Source: Eledone cirrhosa
Taxonomy: Eukaryota
Direction of reading: 5' to 3'
DNA: 64,000 nucleotides
Assembly: GCA_964016885.1 (NCBI GenBank)
Contig: OZ024742.1
Span: 69,254,001-69,318,000 of the forward strand
The notes beneath the pieces are model-generated. The model saw only the letters and a program-made list of their open reading frames with translations. It had not been told where the DNA came from and searched no databases. Positions 51,188-64,000 of the stretch are shown here, in pieces. Position numbers and translations under genes: made by a program. The first letter of the stretch is position 1; each line of letters starts with the position of its first letter.

Positions 51188-53292
51188 TTATAAGAATCAA
51201 AGAACTGTTCAAAACATTTTTATGCTTACAACTGTTTCCTCCAAACCGAGGTTTGGATTCTTCGGAGCAATTTATTATTGAATGAACACTTATATGACCT
51301 CCTTTTCACCCAAGAGACATACAGATACATATGCAAATATTGTGGGTCAACATTCATTACAGCATTTACAGTGGCAGTACACACTTCGAGATTACATTCA
51401 TATTAAAAGATACAATCAAAAATACAGGTTAAAATACAACATGAAAATAAGGGGTTATATAGTGCAAAGGTTATATGTGTGGCAAGCACGTGCGTCTTGT
51501 TTATATAGTGTGGCAGTGAGTTACGTGTAGTAGAAGCATTTAAGCAGGTAAACAAGAGTGTTAGGTTGGTTGATCTGGTGACAAATTCTTTATATGATTG
51601 TTATAGTCTGTGTGTGGAGAAATAATATAAGCATTAAAAATAGTGTAAGCATTAAAAATATTAAAAATATTGGAAATGCGCAGTGAAGCGATGATATGGA
51701 CTTCATGCACTTCGACATTTTTATAGTCTGGGGATCGTATTTTTCAGATTATATGCCCCTCACATAATCCACGACGATTCGATATTGAGCGTTTGACAAT
51801 CCAGTTAGAGAATCGTAGTCTGATGTTCTTTAGTTCAATACAGGAGGATGTTACGTTTCGAGAATCGACAGCGAAATACTACTCGGAAGTGTGTGTGTGG
51901 CTAAGGGGAGTAAATGCATGAGGGGAGGTAACTCCGAGGTTTCTATTACTAACTATTAAAATGTGTCTCAAAATAGACCCTAACTTATATGGTTATGCGC
52001 AATTTCTAAAAAAATTTCTAAAATTTAAAGTGTTGGACAAATGAAAAACGAATTAATCTAGTAACGCTGATGAGCAGTATGACCGGTACGCTGAGTGCAG
52101 GGAATGAATGTATTGCAGGTGGCGTATGGGTTGTACATATATGGATGATTTAATGGTCAGATTGGAGTCATGAGGACTGCGGATTGACCTCTGGTTGGCC
52201 CTGGTGATGATTATCTTTCGACATCCAATGTAGCAAGCGATGACCCGGAACTTACCAGAGATCATTGTGTGTTGAAGTGATTCTGCAATCACCGCGCCTG
52301 GTCCTCTGAGTAGACTGCAACCACAGAGATCATTAATTTAGAATCCTCGCTCGTCGTCTATAATATTCATTTGTGGCACTCTACGATGGGGTTAATCACC
52401 ATAATAATACGAACACCTTCAGCACAACTTAATAGACTACTCTATAGTTAAAACACTTTAAATTTTAGAAATTTTTTATAAATTGCGCATAACCATATAA
52501 GTTAGGGTCTATTTTGAGACACATTTTAATAGTTAGTAATAGAAAACTCGGAGTTACCTCCCCTCATGCATTAACTCCCCTTAGCCACACACACACTTCC
52601 GGGTAGTATTTCGGTGTCGATTCTGGAAACGTAACATCCTCCTGTATTGAACTAAAGAACATCAGACTACGATTCACTAACTGGATTGTCAAACGCTCAA
52701 TATCGAATCGTCGTGGATTATGTGAGGGGCATATAATCTGAAAAATACGATCCCCAGACTATGAAAATGTCGAAGTGCATGAAGTCCATATCATCGCTTC
52801 GCTGCGCATTTCCAATATTTTAAATATTTTTAAAGCTTACACTATTTTTAATGCTTATATTATTTCTCCACACAGACTATAACAATCATATAAAGAATTT
52901 GTCACCAGATCAACCAACCTAACACTCTTGTTTACCTGCTTAAGTGCTTCTACTACACGTAACTCCCTGCCACACTATATAAACAAGACGCACGTGCTTG
53001 CCACACATATAACCTTTGCACTATATAACCGCTTATTTTCATGTTGTATTTTAACCTGTATTTTTGATTGTATCTTTTAATATGAATGTAATCTCTAAGT
53101 GTGTACTGCCACTCTAAATGCTGTAATGAACGTTGACCCACAATATTTGCATATGTATCTGTATGTCTCTTGGGTGAAAAGGAGGTCATATAAGTGTTCA
53201 TTCAATAATAAATTGCTCCGAAGAATCCAAACCTCGGTTTGGAGGAAACAGTTGTAAGCATAAAAATGTTTTGAACAGTTCTTTGATTCTTG
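51188..53292. mobile_element. 2.1-kb inverted-repeat element (arms about 840 bp) with CCGAAGA-core HHR motifs at 51223-51269 (-) and 53214-53260 (+)
   Basis: Mirror ORFs 51282 (+) and 53201 (-); UGCU CCGAAGA A UCCAAAC cucg GUUUGGA G GAAA CAGUUG UA AGCA. Confidence 0.85.
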
Positions 53293-54074
53293 AAAAAATG
53301 TATATATATGAATATATTCTTTTAATAATATATAGTTTTAATAATATATAGATCTCAATTTTAATGTATAAATCTCAATAATTTAATTGATAATTTAATT
53401 GATAAACTAAACATTTAATCATATTTAAACACTGGATAAAATTCTCCAGTTATTATTATTTATTTATTTTCCATTCACGCTTATTTACTCTTCCTAACTC
53501 ATCCAATAAATATTTATTTTTTCACTTCATCTTAAAAGTTACGCTAATACAACAACCTATCACTTAGGGTTTTCTCTTTCTCTTCCTCTTTCTCTTTCTC
53601 TTTCTTCTTCTCTTTCTCTTTCTCTTTCTCTTGTTTTCTTATTTTCCGCTTAGGGTTTGCTCTTTTTTTCTCTTTTTTTCTCTTTTTTTCTCTTTTTTTC
53701 TCTTTTTTTCTCTTTTCTTCTCTTTTTCTCTTTTTTCTCTTTTTCTTTTCTTTCCCTTTTTTCCATACATCAACGGCTTATTTTAAATCTACTGTGATTT
53801 AAACATATCAGACACTAATTTGCCTAATAGACTAAATAAATTTAATAACCCCTATCCGGGAGCTTCCAACAGAAATGGTCGCATTCTTTAAGGGTATGTC
53901 AATATTTATTTATAAAACTGATCTATATTATATTTTATCTAATGAAAGCACACCATAATTTAACTTAGTGTCCTTGAAATATGTATAATGAAATAAATAT
54001 GGTTTTATAAATATAGTTTCCATTTGTTAATATACCCTATATATATATATATTATATATATATATTATATATAT

Positions 54075-54127
<53 letters not shown>

Positions 54128-54570
54128 TATATATATATAGTTAATATGTATATAGTTAATATATATATATATTATATATATATATATAATATATATATAT
54201 ATATATAGTTAATATGTTCAATTACAACAAACGTCACGAACCTATCATAACGATCAGTACTACAAGTCTCCTCTCACGCCGCCTCATCTCCCGCTCCTCC
54301 TTCTAAATACAATCATAACCATCTTATCACATCCCCAACATCCAACACCGTAGCCCCCATCCCACCCTCATCCACACCCTCCTCATCATCATTCTTCATT
54401 ACCACGCTATATGAACAATACAGTTTTTGTTCGTTTCAAACTAATAAAGTGCCACTTGTATAAGTAATACTTCCATTTGCAGGTTCGGACCAGGACGGGG
54501 ATGGTACTTTCATTTCACTCTTCGTTGAGCTCCTAACCAAACAAGACAAATTTATCTCTGAAAAAAGACG

Positions 54571-55225
54571 ATGAAAGTGACGGTAGTAATATTATATATT
54601 ACCGCATTGATAGCGGGTCTGATGCACTCCAACAGCAGCACCGGCATAATCAAAACCAATAGCAGTGATAACTTTATCACAAGCATCACCCTCAATATCA
54701 GAAGCAGCAACATTAGCAATAACTTCAACGTCAGAAACAACAGCATCAGCTTTAACAACACAATGGATCTGATTATTGCAGCGGCAACTTGTCATCCGAT
54801 ATTGAAGCCATGCCAAAATGGTGAAGACTGCATTGCTGAAAGAGACAACGGGATCTATAAATGCCACAACAGCGACATTGGAAGCACGTTAAAACCTCTT
54901 AGTTTTACTCCAGCGAACTGTGATCCAATCTCAAGTATTTGTGGAAGTGGTGAAACGTGCATATCGCATGACGGTATATATCAGTGTCATATCTTATCAG
55001 AGAATATAAAGTACCTTTGTAACCAATGTAAACACGGTGAATGTAAGCTTGACAAAGACTCAGACGTATATTGTAGCTGCAATCCACAGTGGACAGGAAA
55101 CTTGTGCATGCAACCTTGCAATAGGGACTGTACAATTGGCACTTGTATTTTGAAACAGGGTGAACCAGTCTGTAAATGTCCAATAAATTACAAGCCAGAA
55201 TCGAACTGTACAGAAAACTATTACG
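54571..55225 (+). CDS. First coding exon of a secreted EGF-like repeat protein (continues in unidentified exons)
   Basis: Acceptor TTCCATTTGCAG ending at 54482; signal-peptide-like MKVTVVILYITALIAGLMHS; Asn/Ser-rich linker; two 4-Cys modules and two 6-Cys EGF-like repeats (CNQCKHGEC...CSCNPQWTGNLC); phase-1 donor G|GTATGA at 55225/55226. Confidence 0.75.
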
Positions 55226-55292
55226 GTATGACCATGTTTTATTTTTTAAAGTAATTCTGATTTATCACATTCCTAAAGATCAATGGTTTTAT

Positions 55293-55324
<32 letters not shown>

Positions 55325-55331
55325 ACACACA

Positions 55332-55406
<75 letters not shown>

Positions 55407-56055
55407 ATGACTTCTAGAGGGCTACAAGTGTGTCATTAGTATGAAATCATCAGAAATGTCAAACGAATTTCATACGAATCAAATATTTCCTGTCCCATAG
55501 AAGTCATTTCTATACAAAGAAAATGTTTCTCTACTAACATATTGAGTACCTTATTTGACTGTCCTTTCCGATCCCCTTCGGAAAACGAGCCATAATTTAT
55601 TGGATCAATGGTTTGCCATTTCAAACTATAAGTACTTGTTATATGTATATTTACTATCATCATGTTTCTCTACTAACATATTGAGCACCTCATTTAACTG
55701 TGTTCCAGTTTAAAACAATATAAGTACGTATCTCAATGCATCTATTGTTTTTTTTATCCGTGGAGTATTTATGAGAGAATGCATCACAATGTCTTACGTT
55801 GTCCTGTTCTCGCAATGGATGACATGTTATAACTACTTGAACTTCTACTTGCTTTAGAAAATGACAATCCGAAAAATACTAAAATACTTTAGCATACATA
55901 CATCCGGATAGATTACCAGATCACTTAATTATCATCACCTCATCTTCCCTGATAAAACATGGCAATAGCTTATTAATTAACTTCATAACTATTCAGCATT
56001 GCCAGCATCCATTCACTACTAGATATAAAAAATATAATATAATATAAATTATATA

Positions 56056-57364
56056 TCTATATATATAAAACAGAGGATGTCTGTCTGTGTGTCTGTTTCC
56101 CTAAAACTCGAGAAGTACCCAACCGTTTTTTTTCAAACTTTACACATGTAACCCGTATGGCCCCGGAAGTGTTTTGAGCAAAAAGAAATTTCAAATTATT
56201 CTGACCTAGGGATCGAATTAGTGAAGTGGCCAATGTTTGTACATAATGAGGGAGTGAGAGGGGAGAGAAAGAAACGGAGAGGCGAAGTGAAGAAGTGGCT
56301 CTCTACTCCTCCTCCTCCTACTCCCCATTCGTCACAGCGTTTTTCGATAGAGGGGAGAAATATGAACAAGTTACAGAGAGAAAGAGTGAGAGTGAAAGAA
56401 ACAGACAGACTAAAAGAGGGGGAGAGCGAGAGAGAGAGAGTGACAGACGCCGTCTTTTGAGAGTTGTATGCGTCAAAGATACATGGCAGTGGAATAACTA
56501 TTGCGTGTGTGTACGTGCGAGCGTGTGTGTGTGAGTTTGTGTGCGTTTGCATGCGTGAGTGTGTATGTGTGCGTGAGTGATTATAAACTCTCTCACATGG
56601 TCTGATGGAATTAACCCTTTAGCATTTACATTACTCTATATATACTATATTATTTTCATGGTAAAGGCTTTATCTCACATAATATACAAATCTCATAGAT
56701 TTAATATTATTTATTTTGAGAACAATACCTTAACCCTTTAGTATTAATGTGAGTGAGTTATAAAGAGAAATAGTGAGAGTGAAAGAAACAGACAGACTAA
56801 AAGAGGGGGATAGCGGGAGAAAGAGAGAGAGACGCTGGAAGAGGGGAAGGAAAGCTATATGTCTTGCTGTCTGCATTACGATACATATATATACACACAC
56901 ACACTGATCGCGTCATAATGACGTAATGCAGACAGCCAGACATACAGACAGATATTATAAGGGCGCAACGTTATATCTATGTATCTATCTAAAAAGAAAG
57001 ACTAAGAATTATCGAGAGAGATCGCTAAATCGCCTAATGCGGTCCCTAGGGCATTGAAAATTTGAAATATATTTTGCTCAAAACACTCACAGGACCATAA
57101 GTATTACATGTGTAAAGTTTGAAAACACAATCGGTTGGGTGGTTCTCAAGTTTTAGTGAGCTGACAGACAGACATACAGACATTCTCTGTTTTAGATATA
57201 TAGATATATATATAATTATATATTCGTGTACAGATATTTTTGCATACACAATAACAAAATATAAATAAACGTATTTATTTCACGAGGCTCAATAAGGATA
57301 AATATATATCAAATATATAAGAACCCTAGAGCAAATCCCGAGTAACGCCGGGCCATTCTGCTAG
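56056..57364 (+). mobile_element. Non-autonomous Helitron-like element
   Basis: 5' TC (A|TCTATATATATAAAA); 3' hairpin CCCG agtaacgc CGGG followed by CTAG|T; 56056-56195 is mirrored at about 57060-57205. Confidence 0.65.
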
Positions 57365-57419
57365 TATATATATAAATCTTGTATTGTGCAATTCCTAAGA
57401 CTATACACCAAATTGTATC

Positions 57420-57850
57420 AGAGTGTTCCAAACTAGCCCCGCGTTCATGAACTTTTCTGACATAGTCTTCGTTCCCTTAAAAAGGTGCTGACTACTTCCA
57501 TTTCTACAATGTCCAACACCATAATAATGACATCTTCTGCATATGCTGACCTGGCTCTTCGTCTTATTTGTCCTGGCCCAAGCATGATGCCATTCAACTT
57601 CCGTATTAGTGGCTCAAGTACCAAAACCAAGAAAAAAAAAAGTGGAGCGAAATGGTATCTTAGATGGAACGATCACATGACACTGAACGTCTTGGAAGAT
57701 GGCCGTTCACTTTGACAGCTGAACATATGCTGTTGAGCATAATAGTGATCCACTCTGCGAAAACGGGACCGAAATCTACTGTCTGGAGAACAGTTGCCAT
57801 GTAACGCTGGTCGACCTTATTGAATACTTTCGATTGTTTACGACGAAAAA
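57420..57850 (-). mobile_element. Highly decayed Tx1-like RT fragment
   Basis: QSKVFNKVDQRY...FGPVFAEWI and VLEPLIRKL...SAYAEDV resemble ORF2 of the Tx1 copies. Confidence 0.7.
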
Positions 57851-58074
57851 TTATAACACCATGGATCAAATTATAAATAAGTGCTCGAATAAACTGTTCA
57901 ATTTAAGACAGAAAATACCAACAGTTTTAAACATAAACACATAATCGTTGTGTGTAATGTTTTTATTTAGCACTTTAAATTGTATTCGTTATACATGTAT
58001 ATATGTATTAAAGCCTAGTTAGTTTCTCAATTGATATTTTTCAATATATCGTTTAAAATTACTTTATATATATA

Positions 58075-58910
58075 TAGTAGGTGAGTGGCTGCATGATTTC
58101 AAATACGAAGGCCGGGCAGTTGCAGCCAATGGGACCCTCTCAATAACAAGTGGGGCGCCCTAGGGCATAGTCTTGGGACCACAACTGTTTTTGATGCCTC
58201 TCTCAGACATGCCCTCTGTAGTTCACAGAACATCCCTCACTCGCTATGCTGATGACAGAAATGTAACACAGGCAATAAAAAATCAGCTGATGCTGCCCTT
58301 TTACAACAAGATCTTGATGCCATATACAAATGGGCTGAGGATAAAAACAGGCAGTACAATGCTAGAAATTTTCAAGCCATACAATATCAACATGCTAACG
58401 CATAGACAGTACAACACAGCTACACCGGACCTGGACGGATTGAATTCCCCGTGTCGAAATCGATACGAGACCTGGGGATAGACGAGCGACGATGCATCTT
58501 TTTCTTCACACATCATGAGGGTGGCGACAATGTGCAGACGACTCGCTAGCTGGATCTTCAGGATTTTCCGGACAAGAGACCATGTTGATATGGAGGACAT
58601 TTGTCTTAAGCCAACTGGACTACTTCCAACTGTGGTCACCCTATATCAAACTAACAACAGAGCTTCAGGCAATCCAACGAAGATACACCAAGAGGATTGC
58701 CACGATGAAGGAGATGAGCTACTGGGAGAGGCTAAAATCATTGAAACTCTACTCCTTGGAACGACGACGGGAGAAATACGCAGTGATATACATATGGAAA
58801 ATCCTGGAGGGACTAGCACCAAACTATGGGAGCTGGAACAACCCACGAACAGGACGTCACTGTCTGGTGCCAAAGGTCCCATCTTTCACATCTAGAATAA
58901 GGAACAGATA
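58075..58910 (+). mobile_element. Decayed CR1-group LINE fragment, same family as 39123-40597
   Basis: GPQLFL..LSDMPSVV...YADD and SYWERLKSLKLYSLERRREKYAVIYIWKILEGLAPN. Confidence 0.85.
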
Positions 58911-59030
58911 ATTTGCTTAAAATTTAATCTGTTATTTTAATAAATATTTGGTCTATGGATTTTATATATTTAATATTTATTTATCTTTATCGAGCCCTCT
59001 TTGGATTTTAGTCTTCACATTTATTATTAT

Positions 59031-59622
<592 letters not shown>

Positions 59623-60084
59623 GTGTGTGTGTGTGTGTGTGTGTATATAAGTATAGATGTGTGAGTGCATGCGTAAAGATATGGGTATGTATGAACTAGA
59701 ATATACATATGGGCTGTATGTGTGTTTATATGTAGGGAAGTAAATATGTAAGCTAGCATGATCCGCCACCTTCCCTCCCAAACAATATCAACAACATACA
59801 TTTCTATCAACAAATATTCTAAAACTATCCTTATTTTTCTCTTTGCTGTCATCCCATTTTTAATAAAAAGACGTATCTTACACCTCATTAATCCCCCCCC
59901 CCCCCCGACACACACCAAATTTATCTTTAATATACAAAATTGTTGAAGTTATTCTTTATAAATTTAAGATAGTTGATTCAGCTATAGAAAAGAATTTGAA
60001 AAGCATGTGGCCATTATATTTTATTCACTAAATGTCGTCTATTGAAATGGAACCAGCAGGAGAACACTTTCACGCGTCGTTTCA

Positions 60085-60333
60085 GGCGGTGTCCAGCAGA
60101 AGCAAGGAAGGACAATCGTCGCTGTATTTCGAACTGAACTGGTTCTCGTCAGGACCATCCCTCCCACTCTTGCAACTGCTGGACTTTGAAATTTACACAG
60201 ACGAGAAAACTGTTTATTCTATTGCCTGTTTTCAAAGTCCAGCAGTTGCAAGAGCGGGAGGCATCGTCTGACGAGAATGAGTTCACTTCGAAATGCATCG
60301 ACGATTATCCCTCTTTTTTCTGCTGGAAACCGC
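60085..60333. mobile_element. Old palindromic element with decayed HHR motifs (60115-60158 -, 60263-60305 +)
   Basis: Consensus of the two arms: AUCGUC CUGACGA GAA...UUC GAAA UGCA UC GACGAU. Confidence 0.65.
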
Positions 60334-60466
60334 CATGTGGCGATAGCTGTCGGTGTTTTTGCATAACTACGGCTTTCTGAATTTTTATTTATAAACATAC
60401 CATATTTCTTTAGAAATACGAAATTCCAATACATATCAGTTATTCTCGAAGATAAATTCTAATTCT

Positions 60467-60577
<111 letters not shown>

Positions 60578-60654
60578 GCAGTGAAATCAGCACTGAGTTA
60601 AATTTTCTTTGCTTGCGAAAATGACCCGGTTAACAATCCAGATTAAATTAGCTT

Positions 60655-60797
60655 TGACGTCATTGCCAAAAATAGCCTTGACGACACTAAAGCAAACTTC
60701 TTGGGCTTTCACTCTCTCGCTCTCGTGCTCTCACTGGTCGTCGCAGCCCGATCTCTGAGATCGGCTGTCTCGGCCAGACATGGCGGTGCAGGTAGGT
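60655..60797 (+). promoter_or_regulatory. Possible promoter and first exon of a host gene
   Basis: TGACGTCA at 60655-60662, pyrimidine tract, locally CpG-rich, ACATGGCGGTGCAG|GTAGGT (MAVQ then splice donor at 60792). Confidence 0.35.
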
Positions 60798-61299
60798 AAA
60801 TCTACATACAAATTCCTGCATTCATCTCTCAAAATTCTAAAGCAATCACCACACCACATTCAAATACCTTTTGTCAGAAGTATATTTTGTTGTCATCTCA
60901 GAACTTTCCTGTTGTGCTATCATTTACCGCATGATTTCCTATTTCATATCCCGAAATAAAAAAAAAAACCCATAAATTGTAGCGGGTTTTGTTCATGTGT
61001 AACTTTATACCTATGTGATTGTCGAAATGAACTTTCCTGAAGAAGGACTTATGTCCGACACATTGAGACATTTATTTACTTCCTATTTTGTTTTTCTTTA
61101 TCGTCATTCATATATATATATATATATATATAGTATTAGTTATACTATTTATGGTTATGCAAATACAAAACCTTAAGCAGTTGTAAGTATTTTACACACA
61201 CCCTAAATAGTGGTAGGCAGTAATGTATTACTACCTTATTACCAGTAAGTTAAGTAGCTCAATGTAAAAACATCAGATGATTTACAGAGCAGTTATATG

Positions 61300-62690
61300 A
61301 AATATAAGAATCAAAGAACTGCTCAAAACATTATTGTGCTTACAGCTGTTTCCTCCAAACCGAGGTTTGGATTCTTCGGAGTAATTTATTAATGCATGGA
61401 CAGTTATATGACCTCCTTTTCAGCCGAGAGACATACCAATACATATTCAAACATTGATACATATTCAAACATTGTGGGTCAACATTCATTACAGAATTTA
61501 GAGTGGCAGTACACACTTCGAGATTACATTTATATTAATAGGTACAATCAAAAATCAAAGATATAGGTTAAAGTACAACATGAAGATAAGTGGTTATATA
61601 GTGCAAATGCTATATGTGTGGCACGCATGTGCGTCTTGTTTATATAGTGTGGCAGAGAGATATGTGTGGTAGAGGCACATAGGTAGGTAAATAAGAGTGT
61701 TAGGTTGGTAGATCTGGTGGCAAAATCTTTATATGATTGATATAGTCTGTGTGTGGAGAAATATTATAAGCATTAAAGATAGTGCAAGCATTAAAAGTGT
61801 TATAAGTATTGGAGATGCACAGCGCAGGGATGTCAAGTATTTCATGTACTTCGGCATTTTCATGGTCAGGGGAGTGTATATTTCGATTATATGCCTTTCA
61901 CATAATCCACGACAATCCAGTTAGAGATCGTAGTCTGGTGTACTTTAGTTCGATACAGGAGGTTGTTACGTTTCGAGAAACGCCATTGAATACCGGAAGT
62001 GTGTGTGTGGCTAAGCGGAGTTAATGCATGCGGGGAGGTAACTCTGGGGTTTCTATATCTAGCCATTAAAATGTGTCCCAATATAGACCCTAAATTCTAT
62101 GGTGAAGTGCACCTTCCAAGAGAGACTTTTAAAGCATAAAGTGTATTAACTATAGAGTAGTTTAACTAAGTTATGCTGAAGGTGATCATATTATTATGGT
62201 GGATTAACCCATCTTAAGGTGCTACAAATGGAAATTATAGATGATGAGCGAGGATTCTAAATTAATGATCTCTGTGGTTGTAGTCTGCTCATATGACCAG
62301 GCGCGGTGACTGCAGGATTGCTTCAGGACCCAATGATCTCTGGTAAGATCTGGGTCATCGCTTGCTACATTGGATGTCGAAAGATAATCGTCCCCAGGCA
62401 GGCCAAAGGTCAATCCGCAGTCCTCGCGACCCTATTTTTTGATTGTACCTATTAATATAAATGTAATCTCGAAGTGTGTACTGCCACTCTAAATTCTGTA
62501 ATGAATGTTGACCCACAATGTTTGAATATGTATCAATGTTTGAATATGTATTGGTATGTCTCTCGGCTGAAAAGGAGGTCATATAACTGTCCATGCATTA
62601 ATAAATTGCTCCGAAGAATCCAAACCTCGGTTTGGAGGAAACAGCTGTAAGCACAATAATGTTTTGAGCAGTTCTTTGATTCTTATATTT
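61300..62690. mobile_element. Second insertion of the CCGAAGA-HHR family, asymmetric palindrome (HHRs 61337-61383 -, 62607-62653 +)
   Basis: Homologous to 51188-53292; long left arm to about 62430 and short right arm; stem III is the perfect palindrome ACAGCUGU. Confidence 0.85.
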
Positions 62691-62700
62691 CATATTTCAT

Positions 62701-62773
<73 letters not shown>

Positions 62774-62778
62774 ACATA

Positions 62779-62823
<45 letters not shown>

Positions 62824-62902
62824 ACATATATATGTATATATGTATATATATATGTATATATATATATATATATACATATAATTCTGGCAATATTACACAA
62901 AT

Positions 62903-63641
62903 ATGACCCTCCCCAAGTATAACAATATTTGTTTCGACACACGATTTCATATAAAAAACCTTGCAAAACTAATTCATCGCCGCTATGGCATTAGCTTGTG
63001 CCAAGCTGAAAGGTTATTGAAAGACACTGTTTTCTGTTATATAAAAACTACAATAACAACAGAACAAATCCGCTTCTTAAAACACTGTGTTTCCTCCAAA
63101 ACATACACAACAAACATATCAAAACAAGTAAATAATTTATTATTGAACAAAACACAAGCTGAACGACTAAAACACACAATAACAGTTAAAATGAAAAGAA
63201 CAACATACACAAAAGTCAACTAACTTTACAGACAGAAACGCATTAACGGTAAGGATGTCCGAAATCTCACCACAGCAAACGAGAGGGATAACTTCATGAG
63301 CGTCATCCGACGTGAAACGAAATACGCCCGAAACGAATGCAATAGGCATTTCAATGAGAAATTAGAATGGATGAATAAGAAAAAACTATAAGAAAGGAAA
63401 ATTGAATATTCTCAAAAATAGCCAGATAACATCGACAATATCCGTATGACTGATGTAGAACTACCGGAAGAATTTACCAATGACCACACAGTAAATATTT
63501 ATGGGAACACTTTAATCAGTGAACAAGAACAACAAATCCTGCGGCTACCACCAAAATTTGCCATCTACAAAAAGATTAACCCTATTGAGTGCAAAACGGA
63601 GCTGGAAAAGTGTTTCACAAAAATACGTTGGAATGCAAAGG

Positions 63642-63672
<31 letters not shown>

Positions 63673-64000
63673 TAATAACGGTAGTAGTAATATAAACAAT
63701 AACTCTGAGTATAGAAATAACAGTCATAACAATAACAATAGCAGGAAAGTGAGAAATAGTGATAATGGTAATAATACTAACGATAGACAGAACAACAACA
63801 ACCACAATAATAATAATAATAGAAACATTAACCACAGACACAGCAGCAGCGACCACAGTAGTAATAACGGTAACAATACGAACAACAACAACAATAACCA
63901 CAGTGGTAATAATGGAAATAGTACATGTAGCAACATCAATGATAGACACAACAAAAACAAGAAACATAATAAAAGTAACAACGACAATGGTAGAAATAAC
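62903..64000 (+). pseudogene. 5' part of a Penelope-like element ORF (disrupted, runs off the window)
   Basis: MTLPKYNN...QIRFLKHC, then after breaks NIYGNTLISEQEQQILRLPPKFAIYKKINPIECKTELEKCFTKIRW, resembling the conserved PLE pre-RT N-terminal motifs, followed by an in-frame Asn-rich tract. RT and GIY-YIG domains are not within the window. Confidence 0.65.

Noticed and set aside
60780-60791. Assigning the MAVQ exon to ribosomal protein S3
   Set aside because: Four residues are insufficient and no further matching exon was found in the window.
63545-63987. Hydrophobic Val/Ile/Leu-rich minus-strand ORFs
   Set aside because: Antisense reading of the (AAC/AAT)n Asn-rich tract of the PLE frame.

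Overview
Eukaryotic, very AT-rich, repeat-dominated DNA with long (TA)n tracts and a 200-N gap (42686-42885). The SINE and LINE-tail sequences look cephalopod (Octopus-like); this is an inference. Conventional content: two head-to-tail decayed Tx1/L1-clade LINEs sitting in (TATC)n, CRE-like and CR1-like LINE fragments, a tRNA-derived SINE, a non-autonomous Helitron-like element, the 5' part of a Penelope-like element (PLE) ORF at the right edge, and one host exon encoding a secreted EGF-repeat protein. Main discovery: the window is full of minimal type I hammerhead ribozyme (HHR) motifs (stem I - CUGANGA - stem II - GAAA - short, usually palindromic stem III - UH - stem I) from about ten apparently unrelated non-coding element families. 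Most lie in (TA)n as outward-facing inverted pairs. The extreme case is a 10.2-kb array of about 22 nearly identical 466-bp units (18 in one orientation, about 4 inverted), each with one HHR, which resembles a retrozyme or circular-RNA rolling-circle product. Some families carry variant cores (UUGAAAA, i.e. U3-A8; and CCGAAGA). All folding and alignment was done by eye; ribozyme activity, transcription and circularity are untested.
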